52,845 bases of DNA from Patescibacteria group bacterium. Its GTDB lineage: Bacteria; Patescibacteriota; Minisyncoccia; GCA-002772825. Below, in pieces: positions 36,324 through 44,062 of this stretch; the stretch's first letter is position 1, and each line of letters opens with the position of its first letter. Made by a program: the position numbers and the translations under genes. The stretch covers positions 1-52,845 of the forward strand of contig JANLHB010000021.1 in assembly GCA_024654625.1 (NCBI GenBank), read 5' to 3'. The notes beneath the pieces were generated by a model, which saw only the letters and a list, made by a program, of their open reading frames with translations, was not told the DNA's origin and did not search any database.

Positions 36324-36884
36324 ATGAAGCCTTGGATAAATATTGAATACTTCTACAAAAAAATAATAGAACTTTTATATAAAATATATGAATTGCTGGC
36401 CGCTTTTTTTGAGACATTCAATTTCCCTTCCATAAAAAGAATGTCAATTATACTATCTATTATTGCAGGTATTGGCATAATATATACCTTAATAAGAATC
36501 ATCCAGCTCAAAAGAAAAGAAGTGGAAGAAATCAAGGATATAATACCTAAAGAGGTTTCCCCTGAAGAACGGCACAATAGATGGAGCGCTATACTCAAGC
36601 ACTTGGGAAGCTCAAATGAAGTTGAATGGAGGATGGCTATAATGGAAGCTGACAATATATTAGACGAGATTATAAAAGCGATTGGCGTCACTGGAGAAAA
36701 CTTAGGCGAACGGCTTAAAAATATTGAACCGTCTGATTTTAATAATCTCCAAAACGCCTGGGAAGCTCATAAGATAAGAAACAGAATAGCTCACGAGGGG
36801 ATGAAATTCCATATCACAAGAGAGGAGACGACGAGAGTGATAAACCTCTATGAAAAGATATTTAAAGAATTTAAATTTATATAA
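36324..36884 (+). CDS. Hypothetical membrane-anchored protein (possible HEPN-like Rx4H motif)
   Basis: 186 aa with one TM helix and C-terminal AWEAHKIRNRIAHEG. Confidence 0.5.
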   Translation: MKPWINIEYFYKKIIELLYKIYELLAAFFETFNFPSIKRMSIILSIIAGIGIIYTLIRIIQLKRKEVEEIKDIIPKEVSPEERHNRWSAILKHLGSSNEVEWRMAIMEADNILDEIIKAIGVTGENLGERLKNIEPSDFNNLQNAWEAHKIRNRIAHEGMKFHITREETTRVINLYEKIFKEFKFI

Positions 36885-36886
36885 CA

Positions 36887-36915
36887 AAATGTGAAGCACT
36901 CGGTGCTTCACATTT
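36887..36915 (+). terminator. Hairpin terminator
   Basis: AAATGTGAAGCAC-TCG-GTGCTTCACATTT followed by GTTT. A second hairpin, AAATCGCC-TGAA-GGCGATTT, is at 36937-36956. Confidence 0.65.
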
Positions 36916-36960
36916 GTTTAGCTTCTATTTACACAAAAATCGCCTGAAGGCGATTTGTTT

Positions 36961-37086
36961 GCGCAGTCGACGGGACTCGGCTATTACATAGCCAGGTGAT
37001 TTTTCATCTCATAGCCTCCGGCTCTTCGATAAGAAAAATCCTTTCTCGTCCCGACATAAGCAAAGCAGTTTGCTTATTTCGACTGC
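36961..37086 (-). pseudogene. tRNA-Asp-derived tRNA-like element (126 nt)
   Basis: The 5' end GCAGTCG and the 3' end CGAGTCCCGTCGACTGCGCA (20/20 identical to the tRNA-Asp 3' end plus trailer) enclose about 100 nt with unrelated hairpins. There is no D, anticodon or T arm. Confidence 0.5.
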
Positions 37087-37105
37087 TTGTTCACTTCGTT
37101 CACTG

Positions 37106-37179
37106 CGCAGTCGACGGGACTCGAACCCGCAACCTCCCGCGTGACAGGCGGGTGCTCTAACCAGTTGAGCTACGACTGC
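37106..37179 (-). tRNA. tRNA-Asp (anticodon GUC)
   Basis: GCAGTCG-TA-GCTC..GAGC-A-CCCGC-CTGTCAC-GCGGG-AGGTT-GCGGG-TTCGAGT-CCCGT-CGACTGC-G; CCA is not encoded. Confidence 0.9.
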
Positions 37180-37214
37180 ATAATATTCATAATTATTGAA
37201 CACCTTGTTCAATA

Positions 37215-37288
37215 TGTCGGCGGGGGGGATCGAACCTCCGACCTCAGCTTTATGAGTGCTGTGCTCTAACCAACTGAGCTACGCCGAC
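37215..37288 (-). tRNA. tRNA with CAU anticodon, elongator Met or Ile2 (lysidine)
   Basis: GTCGGCG acceptor with a G1-C72 pair, anticodon loop CTCATAA, T loop TTCGATC, one A-C mismatch in the T stem. Met versus Ile2 identity cannot be resolved by eye. Confidence 0.8.
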
Positions 37289-37301
37289 GTTACTTACCTT
37301 G

Positions 37302-37372
37302 TTGCGGGGGACGGAATTGCACCGTCGGCTGGAGGTTATGAGCCTCCCGAGATACTACTTCTCCACCCCGCG
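37302..37372 (-). tRNA. Initiator-type tRNA-fMet (CAU) with non-canonical D and T loops
   Basis: The 5' CGCGGGG / 3' CCCCGCA-A gives a C1xA72 mismatch as in bacterial initiators. Anticodon arm is GGAGG-CTCATAA-CCTCC, the D loop AGTAGTA lacks GG, and the T loop is TGCAATT rather than TTCRANY. Confidence 0.7.
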
Positions 37373-37410
37373 ATATATATACAAACTAACTATGTTGTTC
37401 ATCTTTTACA

Positions 37411-37470
37411 TAACCTCCAAGGTTATGAGTCTGATAATCCATCCGCGAGATACTACTTCTCCACCCCGCG
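37411..37470 (-). pseudogene. Degenerate duplicate of the tRNA-fMet 5' half
   Basis: 37446-37475 is 30/30 identical to 37348-37377 (acceptor, D arm and upstream ATATA). An anticodon-loop-like CTCATAA is retained, there is an 11-nt insertion, and no T arm. Confidence 0.7.
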
Positions 37471-37550
37471 ATATACACAAATAAAACAGAAAAAACCAAA
37501 ATATCATTGATTTTTCTACATTAAGCAGTATAAACAACTTTAGATATTTA

Positions 37551-38054
37551 TCAAGCCACGAAGTACTTAATCATCACTTCCTTCACTATACTGTTCACAA
37601 GATTACCGTCAGCCTTCCCTTTAACCTTAGGCATCAAAACTTTCATTATCTTACCCATATCTTGCGGACCGGTAGCGCCCGAGTCCCTCACAGACTCTTC
37701 CACTATCTTTCTAATCTCATCTTCCGAAAGTTGTTCCGGCAAATAACTAACCAAGACAGCAAGTTCGCTTTCTTCCCTCTCAAATAATTCATTTCGTCCT
37801 TCTTTCTTATATATCTCCATCGCATCCTTGCGCTTCTTAGCCTCTTTGCTTATCACTTGCACAACCTCTTCGTCATCTAATTGGCTCTTTGAATCAATAT
37901 CTTCCGTCACTCCTTCTTTTGCCATTTTTGTCTTTTTTGCTATCTCGGCGTTTCTTATTTCAGACTGGAGAATTTTAAAAGTAGAAATCTTTACATCTTC
38001 TTTATTTTTAAAAGCTTCTTTGAAATCTTGCTGTATTTTTTCTTTTAGTATCAT
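37551..38054 (-). CDS. yqeY: GatB/YqeY domain-containing protein
   Basis: 167 aa; LKEKIQQDFKEAFKNKEDVKISTFKILQSEIRNAEI is typical of YqeY. Confidence 0.8.
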   Translation of the reverse strand: MILKEKIQQDFKEAFKNKEDVKISTFKILQSEIRNAEIAKKTKMAKEGVTEDIDSKSQLDDEEVVQVISKEAKKRKDAMEIYKKEGRNELFEREESELAVLVSYLPEQLSEDEIRKIVEESVRDSGATGPQDMGKIMKVLMPKVKGKADGNLVNSIVKEVMIKYFVA

Positions 38055-38071
38055 AACTAAATATTAACATA

Positions 38072-40129
38072 TTATCCTAAAATTTCCAGAAATTCCTCTT
38101 CATTTATAGTCTTCACGCCAATCTTCTTAGCCTTGTCATATTTTGAGCCAGGGTCGCTACCATAGACGACAAAATCGGTATTCTTAGAGACTGACTCTGA
38201 CACTTCTCCCCCCAGCTGTTTAATCATCTTCTTCGCTTCATCCCGACTCATCTTACTAAGAGAGCCCGTCAACACAAACTTAAGCTTTTTAAGTTTGGCT
38301 CCTTTTACTTGAGTCTGTTTTTTGATCATCACTCGAGGGAGGAGCTTCTTTAAAAATCTTTTATTATCATTATCTCTAAACCAATCATATATGCTTCTTG
38401 CCACAATAGGCCCAACATCAGAAACTTTTTCCAATTCTTGAATAGAAGCCTTTTCTAAATTTTCAATAGTATGAAAACTCTCGGCTAAATCTTCGGCAGT
38501 GCTTTCTCCCACATTCTCTATTCCTAGAGAAATTATAAATCTTGAGAAATCTATTTCCCTGCGGGAATTTATCGCTTTAATGAGGTTCTTTGCCGACTTT
38601 TCAGCAAAGCGTTCTAATGGCGTTATATCTCCCTCTTTTAGATCAAAAAAATCAGCCGCATCCTGTACCAAATTATTATCTAAAAGGGCATCTATTATCT
38701 TAGGACCAAGTCCCTCTATATCAAACGCCTTCTTAGAAGCAAAATAATAAAGGCCCCTTCTGTGGCGCGTAGCGCATTTCTTGTTATGGCATTTTGCGAT
38801 AGGGCTATCTTTTAAAAATACTACTTTCGACTTGCAGATAGGACAGACATTTGGCATTTTAAATAGCTTCTCTTTCCCTGTCCTCATCTCTTTTATAACG
38901 CTCACTATATCAGGGATAATGTCTCCCGCCTTCTGCAAAATAACAGTATCACCAATACGAACATCAAGTCTTTTTATCTCATCCTCATTATGAAGCGTGG
39001 CTCTTGATACTACAGAACCGGCAATAGTCACCGGCCTTAAGTGGGCAACCGGAGTCAAGGCGCCAGTCCTCCCAACTTGCACATCAATATCTTCTACAAC
39101 TGTCGTTGCCTGCTCAGCCGGAAACTTCAAAGCGACGGCAAAACGAGGGGCCTTACCTGTATAACCCAGTCGTTCCTGCCACTCTGAATTGTTTAATTTA
39201 ACAACAACGCCGTCAATCCAATACTTTGTCTTATCTTTTTTCTTTTGCCAAACACGCCAAAAATCTACAACCTCTTCAATATTTTTACATAATTTAAAAT
39301 GCGGATTTACTTTAAATCCTAACTCTTTAAGAAAGCTAAGCTCTTCAATCTGAGTCTCTGGAACCTCAATCCCTACGGACGTCGCATGTCCGTAGTCTAA
39401 CCAAGCCAGATCGTATATAAAGCTATCAAGTTTGCGCGAAGAAGCAATCTTCGGGTCAAGCTGGCGAATAGAGCCGGCGGCGGCATTTCGCGGGTTGGCA
39501 AACAACTGTTCCCCCTTCCTTCCCCTTTCCTTATTAAGATTTTCAAATTCATCTTTTCCCATCCAGATCTCGCCTTCCACAATGCAATCAACATCTTTAT
39601 TTAGATGAAGAGGAATCGACTCTATGGTCTTAACGTTAGCTGTCACATCCTCGCCCACCTTTCCATCACCACGCGTTGCCGCAGTTTTTAATATCCCTCT
39701 CTCATAAGTAAGGATAATTTTAAAACCGTCAATCTTAAGCTCCGAGACATATTCAAGTCCTTTGGCTATCGGGTAACCAAATTCTTTATCAAGCAGGCGC
39801 TTAACTCGATTATCAAATTCCCTTATTTCGTCTTCATTAAACACGTCATTAAAAGACCATTGTGTCACCTTATGATGAATTTTCTTAAATTTTTCAAGCG
39901 GTTTTCCTCCCACTCTCTGTGTCGGAGAGTCGGTAGTTATGAGATCAGGGAAAGACTGCTCCAGCTCATAAAGCTCGTGCTTTAGAGAATCAAGCGCCGC
40001 TTCAGTTATCTCTTGCTTATCAAGCACATGATAAAGATACCTGTGATGGTTTATTAATTTTTTAAGCTTCTCTATCCGCTCTTTTGCTTTAGAGTATCTT
40101 TCTTCCGCGTCAATTTTTTTCTCAAACAT
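38072..40129 (-). CDS. ligA: NAD-dependent DNA ligase
   Basis: 685 aa with the adenylation motif ELKIDG, a 4-Cys zinc finger (CPICKS..CHNKKC), HhH and a C-terminal BRCT. Confidence 0.95.
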   Translation of the reverse strand: MFEKKIDAEERYSKAKERIEKLKKLINHHRYLYHVLDKQEITEAALDSLKHELYELEQSFPDLITTDSPTQRVGGKPLEKFKKIHHKVTQWSFNDVFNEDEIREFDNRVKRLLDKEFGYPIAKGLEYVSELKIDGFKIILTYERGILKTAATRGDGKVGEDVTANVKTIESIPLHLNKDVDCIVEGEIWMGKDEFENLNKERGRKGEQLFANPRNAAAGSIRQLDPKIASSRKLDSFIYDLAWLDYGHATSVGIEVPETQIEELSFLKELGFKVNPHFKLCKNIEEVVDFWRVWQKKKDKTKYWIDGVVVKLNNSEWQERLGYTGKAPRFAVALKFPAEQATTVVEDIDVQVGRTGALTPVAHLRPVTIAGSVVSRATLHNEDEIKRLDVRIGDTVILQKAGDIIPDIVSVIKEMRTGKEKLFKMPNVCPICKSKVVFLKDSPIAKCHNKKCATRHRRGLYYFASKKAFDIEGLGPKIIDALLDNNLVQDAADFFDLKEGDITPLERFAEKSAKNLIKAINSRREIDFSRFIISLGIENVGESTAEDLAESFHTIENLEKASIQELEKVSDVGPIVARSIYDWFRDNDNKRFLKKLLPRVMIKKQTQVKGAKLKKLKFVLTGSLSKMSRDEAKKMIKQLGGEVSESVSKNTDFVVYGSDPGSKYDKAKKIGVKTINEEEFLEILG

Positions 40130-40136
40130 TTTAAAA

Positions 40137-40634
40137 TTAATAACTAGCTTGCAATACGCGTTCTACCTGTAATTTGCCTGGGTCAGCTGTACAACTTGAA
40201 CCGACATTTCCGATATTATAACCGTAAGATATCAGCTTTGTATTCGGCGGGGAATCTTTATATACCTCAATTTGAGCGCAAGATCCATTACTAAAACCTA
40301 AATAAAAAGTGGTGGTGGAAGCTACCATAGACCCGCTTATAGGCGACCCGAGACAATTAATATCATAATTTGGCTTATCAAATTCTTTCTTTTTTATATC
40401 CCAATACAGAGCGCATTCTATACCGGCATCAGAAGCGGTAAAAGCCCTGCTTGACTCTCGGCTGATCTGGGATATTTTAAACTGTCTAACCACTATATTA
40501 TATATACCCAAAGAAGCTGACAAGATTATAGTCAAAATAAGAAGAGAAAAAAGAAGAGTAAACCCCTGCCTGCCGGTAAGCAGGCGCTTTAAATTAATCT
40601 TTGATAAATTTTTTAATTTATTATTCATAATCAT
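40137..40634 (-). CDS. Prepilin-like minor pilin lacking Glu5
   Basis: 165 aa with leader ..RLLTGRQG/FTLLFSLLIL and a degenerate palindrome at 40565-40584. Confidence 0.6.
   Translation of the reverse strand: MIMNNKLKNLSKINLKRLLTGRQGFTLLFSLLILTIILSASLGIYNIVVRQFKISQISRESSRAFTASDAGIECALYWDIKKKEFDKPNYDINCLGSPISGSMVASTTTFYLGFSNGSCAQIEVYKDSPPNTKLISYGYNIGNVGSSCTADPGKLQVERVLQASY
40565..40584. repeat. Degenerate copy of the 20-bp palindrome
   Basis: CCTGCCTGCCGGTAAGCAGG. Confidence 0.8.
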
Positions 40635-40637
40635 TTA

Positions 40638-41195
40638 TTATGGATGCCAATCAAAGATATGATCCTCCCATATAAAAGAGCGATTGCCAAACTTATCCTC
40701 CCACGATACAGTTATTGAAATTCTAGCTTCTCGATCAGAAACATCTTTTTCTAGAGTAAATTTTCGCATAAAAATAGTATTAATACCGGTTGAATGATTA
40801 TATTTTTTTAATGTATCATCATATTTAAGAAGTGGGCATGATCCGGCGCAATTTGTTATTGCCGCACCGGAAACATCCCAAGGGATAGTAGTATCAAGAT
40901 AACAATCAGAATTGTTACAACTATTAAGTTTAAAAAGCCAATTTTCACTATTTAAATAATTATTATCCCTCCAATTCTTAATATATTCCATAGCATCCTG
41001 AGCTAAAAAAGACGCAATTACATTATTCTTAGACAAAGTAGACATCTTAATACTATAAGTAGCTAAAGATATCGGCCCCAGTATGGCAAAAGTAATGATA
41101 GTAAGCGCAACCATTGTTTCAATCAAAGTAAACCCTTGCCCGCCAGCGGGCAAGCGCACTTTTACTCTATTTGTTTTTTTTAATTTATTATTCAT
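40638..41195 (-). CDS. Type IV minor pilin (prepilin-type N-terminal cleavage/methylation domain)
   Basis: 185 aa with leader ..RLPAGGQG/FTLIETMVAL. Confidence 0.75.
   Translation of the reverse strand: MNNKLKKTNRVKVRLPAGGQGFTLIETMVALTIITFAILGPISLATYSIKMSTLSKNNVIASFLAQDAMEYIKNWRDNNYLNSENWLFKLNSCNNSDCYLDTTIPWDVSGAAITNCAGSCPLLKYDDTLKKYNHSTGINTIFMRKFTLEKDVSDREARISITVSWEDKFGNRSFIWEDHIFDWHP
41135..41154. repeat. Sequence-divergent but still self-complementary version of the palindrome
   Basis: CTTGCCCGC-CA-GCGGGCAAG, at the same position in the pilin leader (LPAGGQ). Confidence 0.8.
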
Positions 41196-41211
41196 AATAT
41201 TTAATTCTTAA

Positions 41212-41742
41212 TTAGGAATCCGGCGCAAGTTGAGATACAGAAGCTTGCAACTCAATCTTTGATTGTTCTTTCTCTTTTACACCGGAAGAAGCGGAAAGAT
41301 TAATCCTCACTATAGGCTGAAAATTATCGCCTGAAGATTCGCCTCTTAAATCAAAGGCGAGAGAATCTATGCTAATTTTAGAATCTGTCAGAGGAAATTC
41401 ATTTACCCCATCCGACCTTATTAACTGATTACCAGATAATTGATAAGTAATATTCTCAAGCCTCGCATTTATAAATGAGAATGTATCTCCTGTGGAAGAA
41501 TAATTATCCCCTGTCCTGATCTCTCTTGACATTGCATCCAGGGCGAAATTTAAATTATCCGAAACAGATCTAAATGATTCAATCTTTTTTTGCGCGTCAT
41601 TTATATTTAAAATGGACTCCATCGCCATCGTCATAACAACAGTAAAGACAGCTATTGCGACTATCATCTCAAGTATCGTGAATCCCTGCCTGCCGGCAGG
41701 CAGGCTTTTACTATTATTTATTTTTTTAAATTTATTATTCAT
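41212..41742 (-). CDS. Type IV minor pilin
   Basis: 176 aa with leader ..SLPAGRQG/FTILEMIVAI. Confidence 0.75.
   Translation of the reverse strand: MNNKFKKINNSKSLPAGRQGFTILEMIVAIAVFTVVMTMAMESILNINDAQKKIESFRSVSDNLNFALDAMSREIRTGDNYSSTGDTFSFINARLENITYQLSGNQLIRSDGVNEFPLTDSKISIDSLAFDLRGESSGDNFQPIVRINLSASSGVKEKEQSKIELQASVSQLAPDS
41685..41704. repeat. 20-bp perfect palindrome CCTGCCTGCCGGCAGGCAGG (pilin leader)
   Basis: Exact 20-mer. Confidence 0.95.
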
Positions 41743-41745
41743 ATT

Positions 41746-42375
41746 TTACTCAGCTTCAACGCTAACCTGCCCGCTTTTCCAGACAATAACCTTCACACCG
41801 TTTGCAGTCTCTCCCGCCGACCTAAACAATATCATCGTATCAGAAATAGCATCGTCATCATTTATATTCGCATATATACTGGAACGCTTATAAATAACAT
41901 CTGCCGTATTCACGCTTCCGGCGCCTGGACAGGCAAACGGTGAGGTTATTTTCTGATTTATGCATATCTGCTTTATTCTGTCGGAAGATTGAACTTTAAA
42001 AATCTCCTCTTCTTCTCCTACTGTATAATTATTGTCAGCATTACTATCTGAAAAAATAATAACAGTATCAGGAAGCGCCATATCAAAATGAACACCATAA
42101 GCCACCGACGATCCCGGTCCTGAAATAATCTTGTTGCTTATTCCATAAGCCTGAGCCTCTCTTATAATTGAAACTATTTCTTGAGTGACTCCTTCAAGCT
42201 TTATCTTTTTATTGAAAGTCGTATAATTTGCCAAAATTACAGTTGTTACCATGACCATAATACCGACAGAAACGATAAGCTCAATAAGGGTAAACCCCTG
42301 CCTGCCGATAGGCATGGTCTGCCTGCCTTGCGATTTCAATCTTTTTTTTAATAAATTAAGGAGATGAGAAACCAT
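41746..42375 (-). CDS. Type IV minor pilin
   Basis: 209 aa with leader ..SQGRQTMPIGRQG/FTLIELIVSV. Confidence 0.75.
   Translation of the reverse strand: MVSHLLNLLKKRLKSQGRQTMPIGRQGFTLIELIVSVGIMVMVTTVILANYTTFNKKIKLEGVTQEIVSIIREAQAYGISNKIISGPGSSVAYGVHFDMALPDTVIIFSDSNADNNYTVGEEEEIFKVQSSDRIKQICINQKITSPFACPGAGSVNTADVIYKRSSIYANINDDDAISDTMILFRSAGETANGVKVIVWKSGQVSVEAE
42297..42327. repeat. Degenerate palindrome with an extra half-copy
   Basis: CCTGCCTGCC-GATAGGCATGGT-CTGCCTGCC. Confidence 0.7.
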
Positions 42376-42395
42376 ATCTATTATCTAATTTTACA

Positions 42396-43172
42396 TTAAA
42401 AGAACACAAACTCCAACAACCTTTCTCCGAACAAAAACCCTATAAATGTCCCCGCAATGAGCAATGGTCCAAAAGCAATCTTGCTCTTAAGCCCGAGTCT
42501 TTTACTGAAGATAAAAAATAATCCGACAACAGCCCCGATCCAGAAAGAAAGTATTATTGATGCCAACCCAACCCAAAAACCTAAGAGCCACCCTATACCA
42601 AGTGAAAGCTTGGCATCGCCAAGCCCCATCCATTTACCTTTTGAGAAAAACCAGAACAAAGCAAAAAATAAGAAAAAGATAATCCCACCTATAAAATCCC
42701 AAAGGACGGTCCTTTGTGAAATAAATAAGCTTAAAAAAGATAAAATAATAAAAGCATAAACTAAGCCGTCAGGGATTATCTGATGATAAAAATCATAAAC
42801 AGCGATCACTATCAATAAGCTGAAAATTCCCCAGAAATATATAGCGAAGAATGCCATCTGACCCTCAAATTGGAAACCGAGTCTCCAAGTAATGGTATAC
42901 CAAGTAAGAGCAAAGACGACCCCTGTTAAAACTTCAACGATAGGATACTGAGCAGAAATTTTTGAACCGCATTTCCTGCACTTTCCATTCTGCGCGATAA
43001 AACTAAATACAGGGATAAGCTCGTACCACAAAAGAGTTTTACCACAAGAAAAACATTTTGACCTTCCCTTAAACATTGATTCGCCAGTATTGTAACGGGC
43101 AATCACCACATTTAGGAAACTCCCTATAATAGTGCCGAAAATAAAAACAAAAAAATAAATTAAAGTTTCCAT
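42396..43172 (-). CDS. pilD: Prepilin peptidase / N-methyltransferase (A24 family)
   Basis: N-terminal GSFLNVVIARY, a Cys pair (CFSCGK..CRKCGS), the Asp motifs VYDFYHQIIPD and GLGDAKL. Start METLIYFF (43172) is preferred to the track start at 43241. Confidence 0.85.
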   Translation of the reverse strand: METLIYFFVFIFGTIIGSFLNVVIARYNTGESMFKGRSKCFSCGKTLLWYELIPVFSFIAQNGKCRKCGSKISAQYPIVEVLTGVVFALTWYTITWRLGFQFEGQMAFFAIYFWGIFSLLIVIAVYDFYHQIIPDGLVYAFIILSFLSLFISQRTVLWDFIGGIIFFLFFALFWFFSKGKWMGLGDAKLSLGIGWLLGFWVGLASIILSFWIGAVVGLFFIFSKRLGLKSKIAFGPLLIAGTFIGFLFGERLLEFVFF

Positions 43173-43290
43173 AAAATATATTTTAACATAAAATCCCGCC
43201 AAAAGCGGAATAAAATTTCTACTTATCAATTTTACGGGCACCTATCAACTTTGTGACCTTATGACTTTGTGACTTTACGTACGGTGTGCT

Positions 43291-43313
43291 TTACGGACGT
43301 CGCACTTCCGTAG
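43291..43313 (-). repeat. REP copy upstream of the RAYT gene (inverted orientation)
   Basis: TTACGGACGTCGCACTTCCGTAG, preceded by the partial duplication CTTTACGTACGG. Confidence 0.9.
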
Positions 43314-43325
43314 TAGAATAAAGAT

Positions 43326-43967
43326 ATGGAAAATAATATATTTCATGTCATAAATAGAGGTGTAGAAAAAAGAAAAATCTTCCTTCATGATAAAGACTAT
43401 CTTCGTTTTAGTCACAACATCAAAGACTTTAATACTATTAAAAATGTTCCCTCTTACTTCAACCGCCGTATTCATAACTACGGAAGTGCGACGTCCGTAG
43501 AAGAAGAGTTAGTTGATGTTCTCTGTTGGTGCTTAATGCCTAATCATTCTCACATGATAACTATCAATAAAATTGATATGGGTACAAGCTTTTTTTCTAA
43601 AAAAATATTTGGAGGATATACGAAATATTTTAATAAAGAAAATAAAAGAAGCGGTGTTTTATTTCAAGGAAGATCTAAAATAATCCCAATAGAAAAGGAT
43701 GAGCACTTACTACATCTGCCTTTTTATATTCATTCAAATCCTCTTAATTTACTTCAACCAAACTGGAAAGAGACCGGTATTAAAGACATTAAAAAGGCGC
43801 TTAAATTTTTAGAAAAATATCGTTGGTCAAGCTATTTAGATATAATAGGAAAAGAAAATTTTCCTGATACAACTAACAAAAAACTTTTTTATGAAATATT
43901 TGACACTAATGAAAAGAGATATAAAAAAGACTTTGAAGACTGGCTATCTAGTTTTAATTTTAATTAA
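43326..43967 (+). mobile_element. IS200/IS605-like Y1 (HUH) transposase of the REP-associated tyrosine transposase (RAYT) type
   Basis: 213 aa with HVINRGVEKRKIF, the HUH motif CLMPNHSHMI and a Tyr motif FYIHSNP. It is flanked by inverted REP copies. Confidence 0.8.
43478..43500 (+). repeat. REP copy inside the RAYT coding sequence (in frame)
   Basis: CTACGGAAGTGCGACGTCCGTAG is 23/23 identical to 43970-43992 and encodes ..N-YGSATSV-E.. between the N-terminal motif and the HUH motif. Confidence 0.95.
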
Positions 43968-43969
43968 GT

Positions 43970-43992
43970 CTACGGAAGTGCGACGTCCGTAG
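43970..43992 (+). repeat. REP copy 2 nt after the RAYT stop
   Basis: CTACGGAAGTGCGACGTCCGTAG (stem CTACGGA/TCCGTAG). Confidence 0.95.
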
Positions 43993-44007
43993 AATTAATA
44001 TATACAT

Positions 44008-44044
44008 ACAACATAAATCCCGCTTTTGGCGGGATTTATGTTGT
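44008..44044. terminator. Bidirectional hairpin terminator (16-bp stem, AATCCCGC core)
   Basis: ACAACATAAATCCCGC-TTTTG-GCGGGATTTATGTTGT, between the convergent RAYT and pilA genes. Confidence 0.75.
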
Positions 44045-44062
44045 AAAACTAAATTATTTAGT

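Noticed and set aside
36961-37086. Reading the 126-nt element as an intron-containing, split or permuted tRNA-Asp
   Set aside because: No D arm, anticodon arm or complete T arm can be folded. Only the acceptor ends and 20 nt of the 3' end are tRNA-like. It is treated as a remnant or tRNA-like element instead.
37009-37510. Four ORFs in the track (37009..37212, 37087..37269, 37256..37510, 37299..37484), two of them with repeated PRYYFSTPRY peptides
   Set aside because: They overlap three tRNA genes and their degenerate copies. The peptide repeats simply reflect the duplicated tRNA-fMet 5' half.
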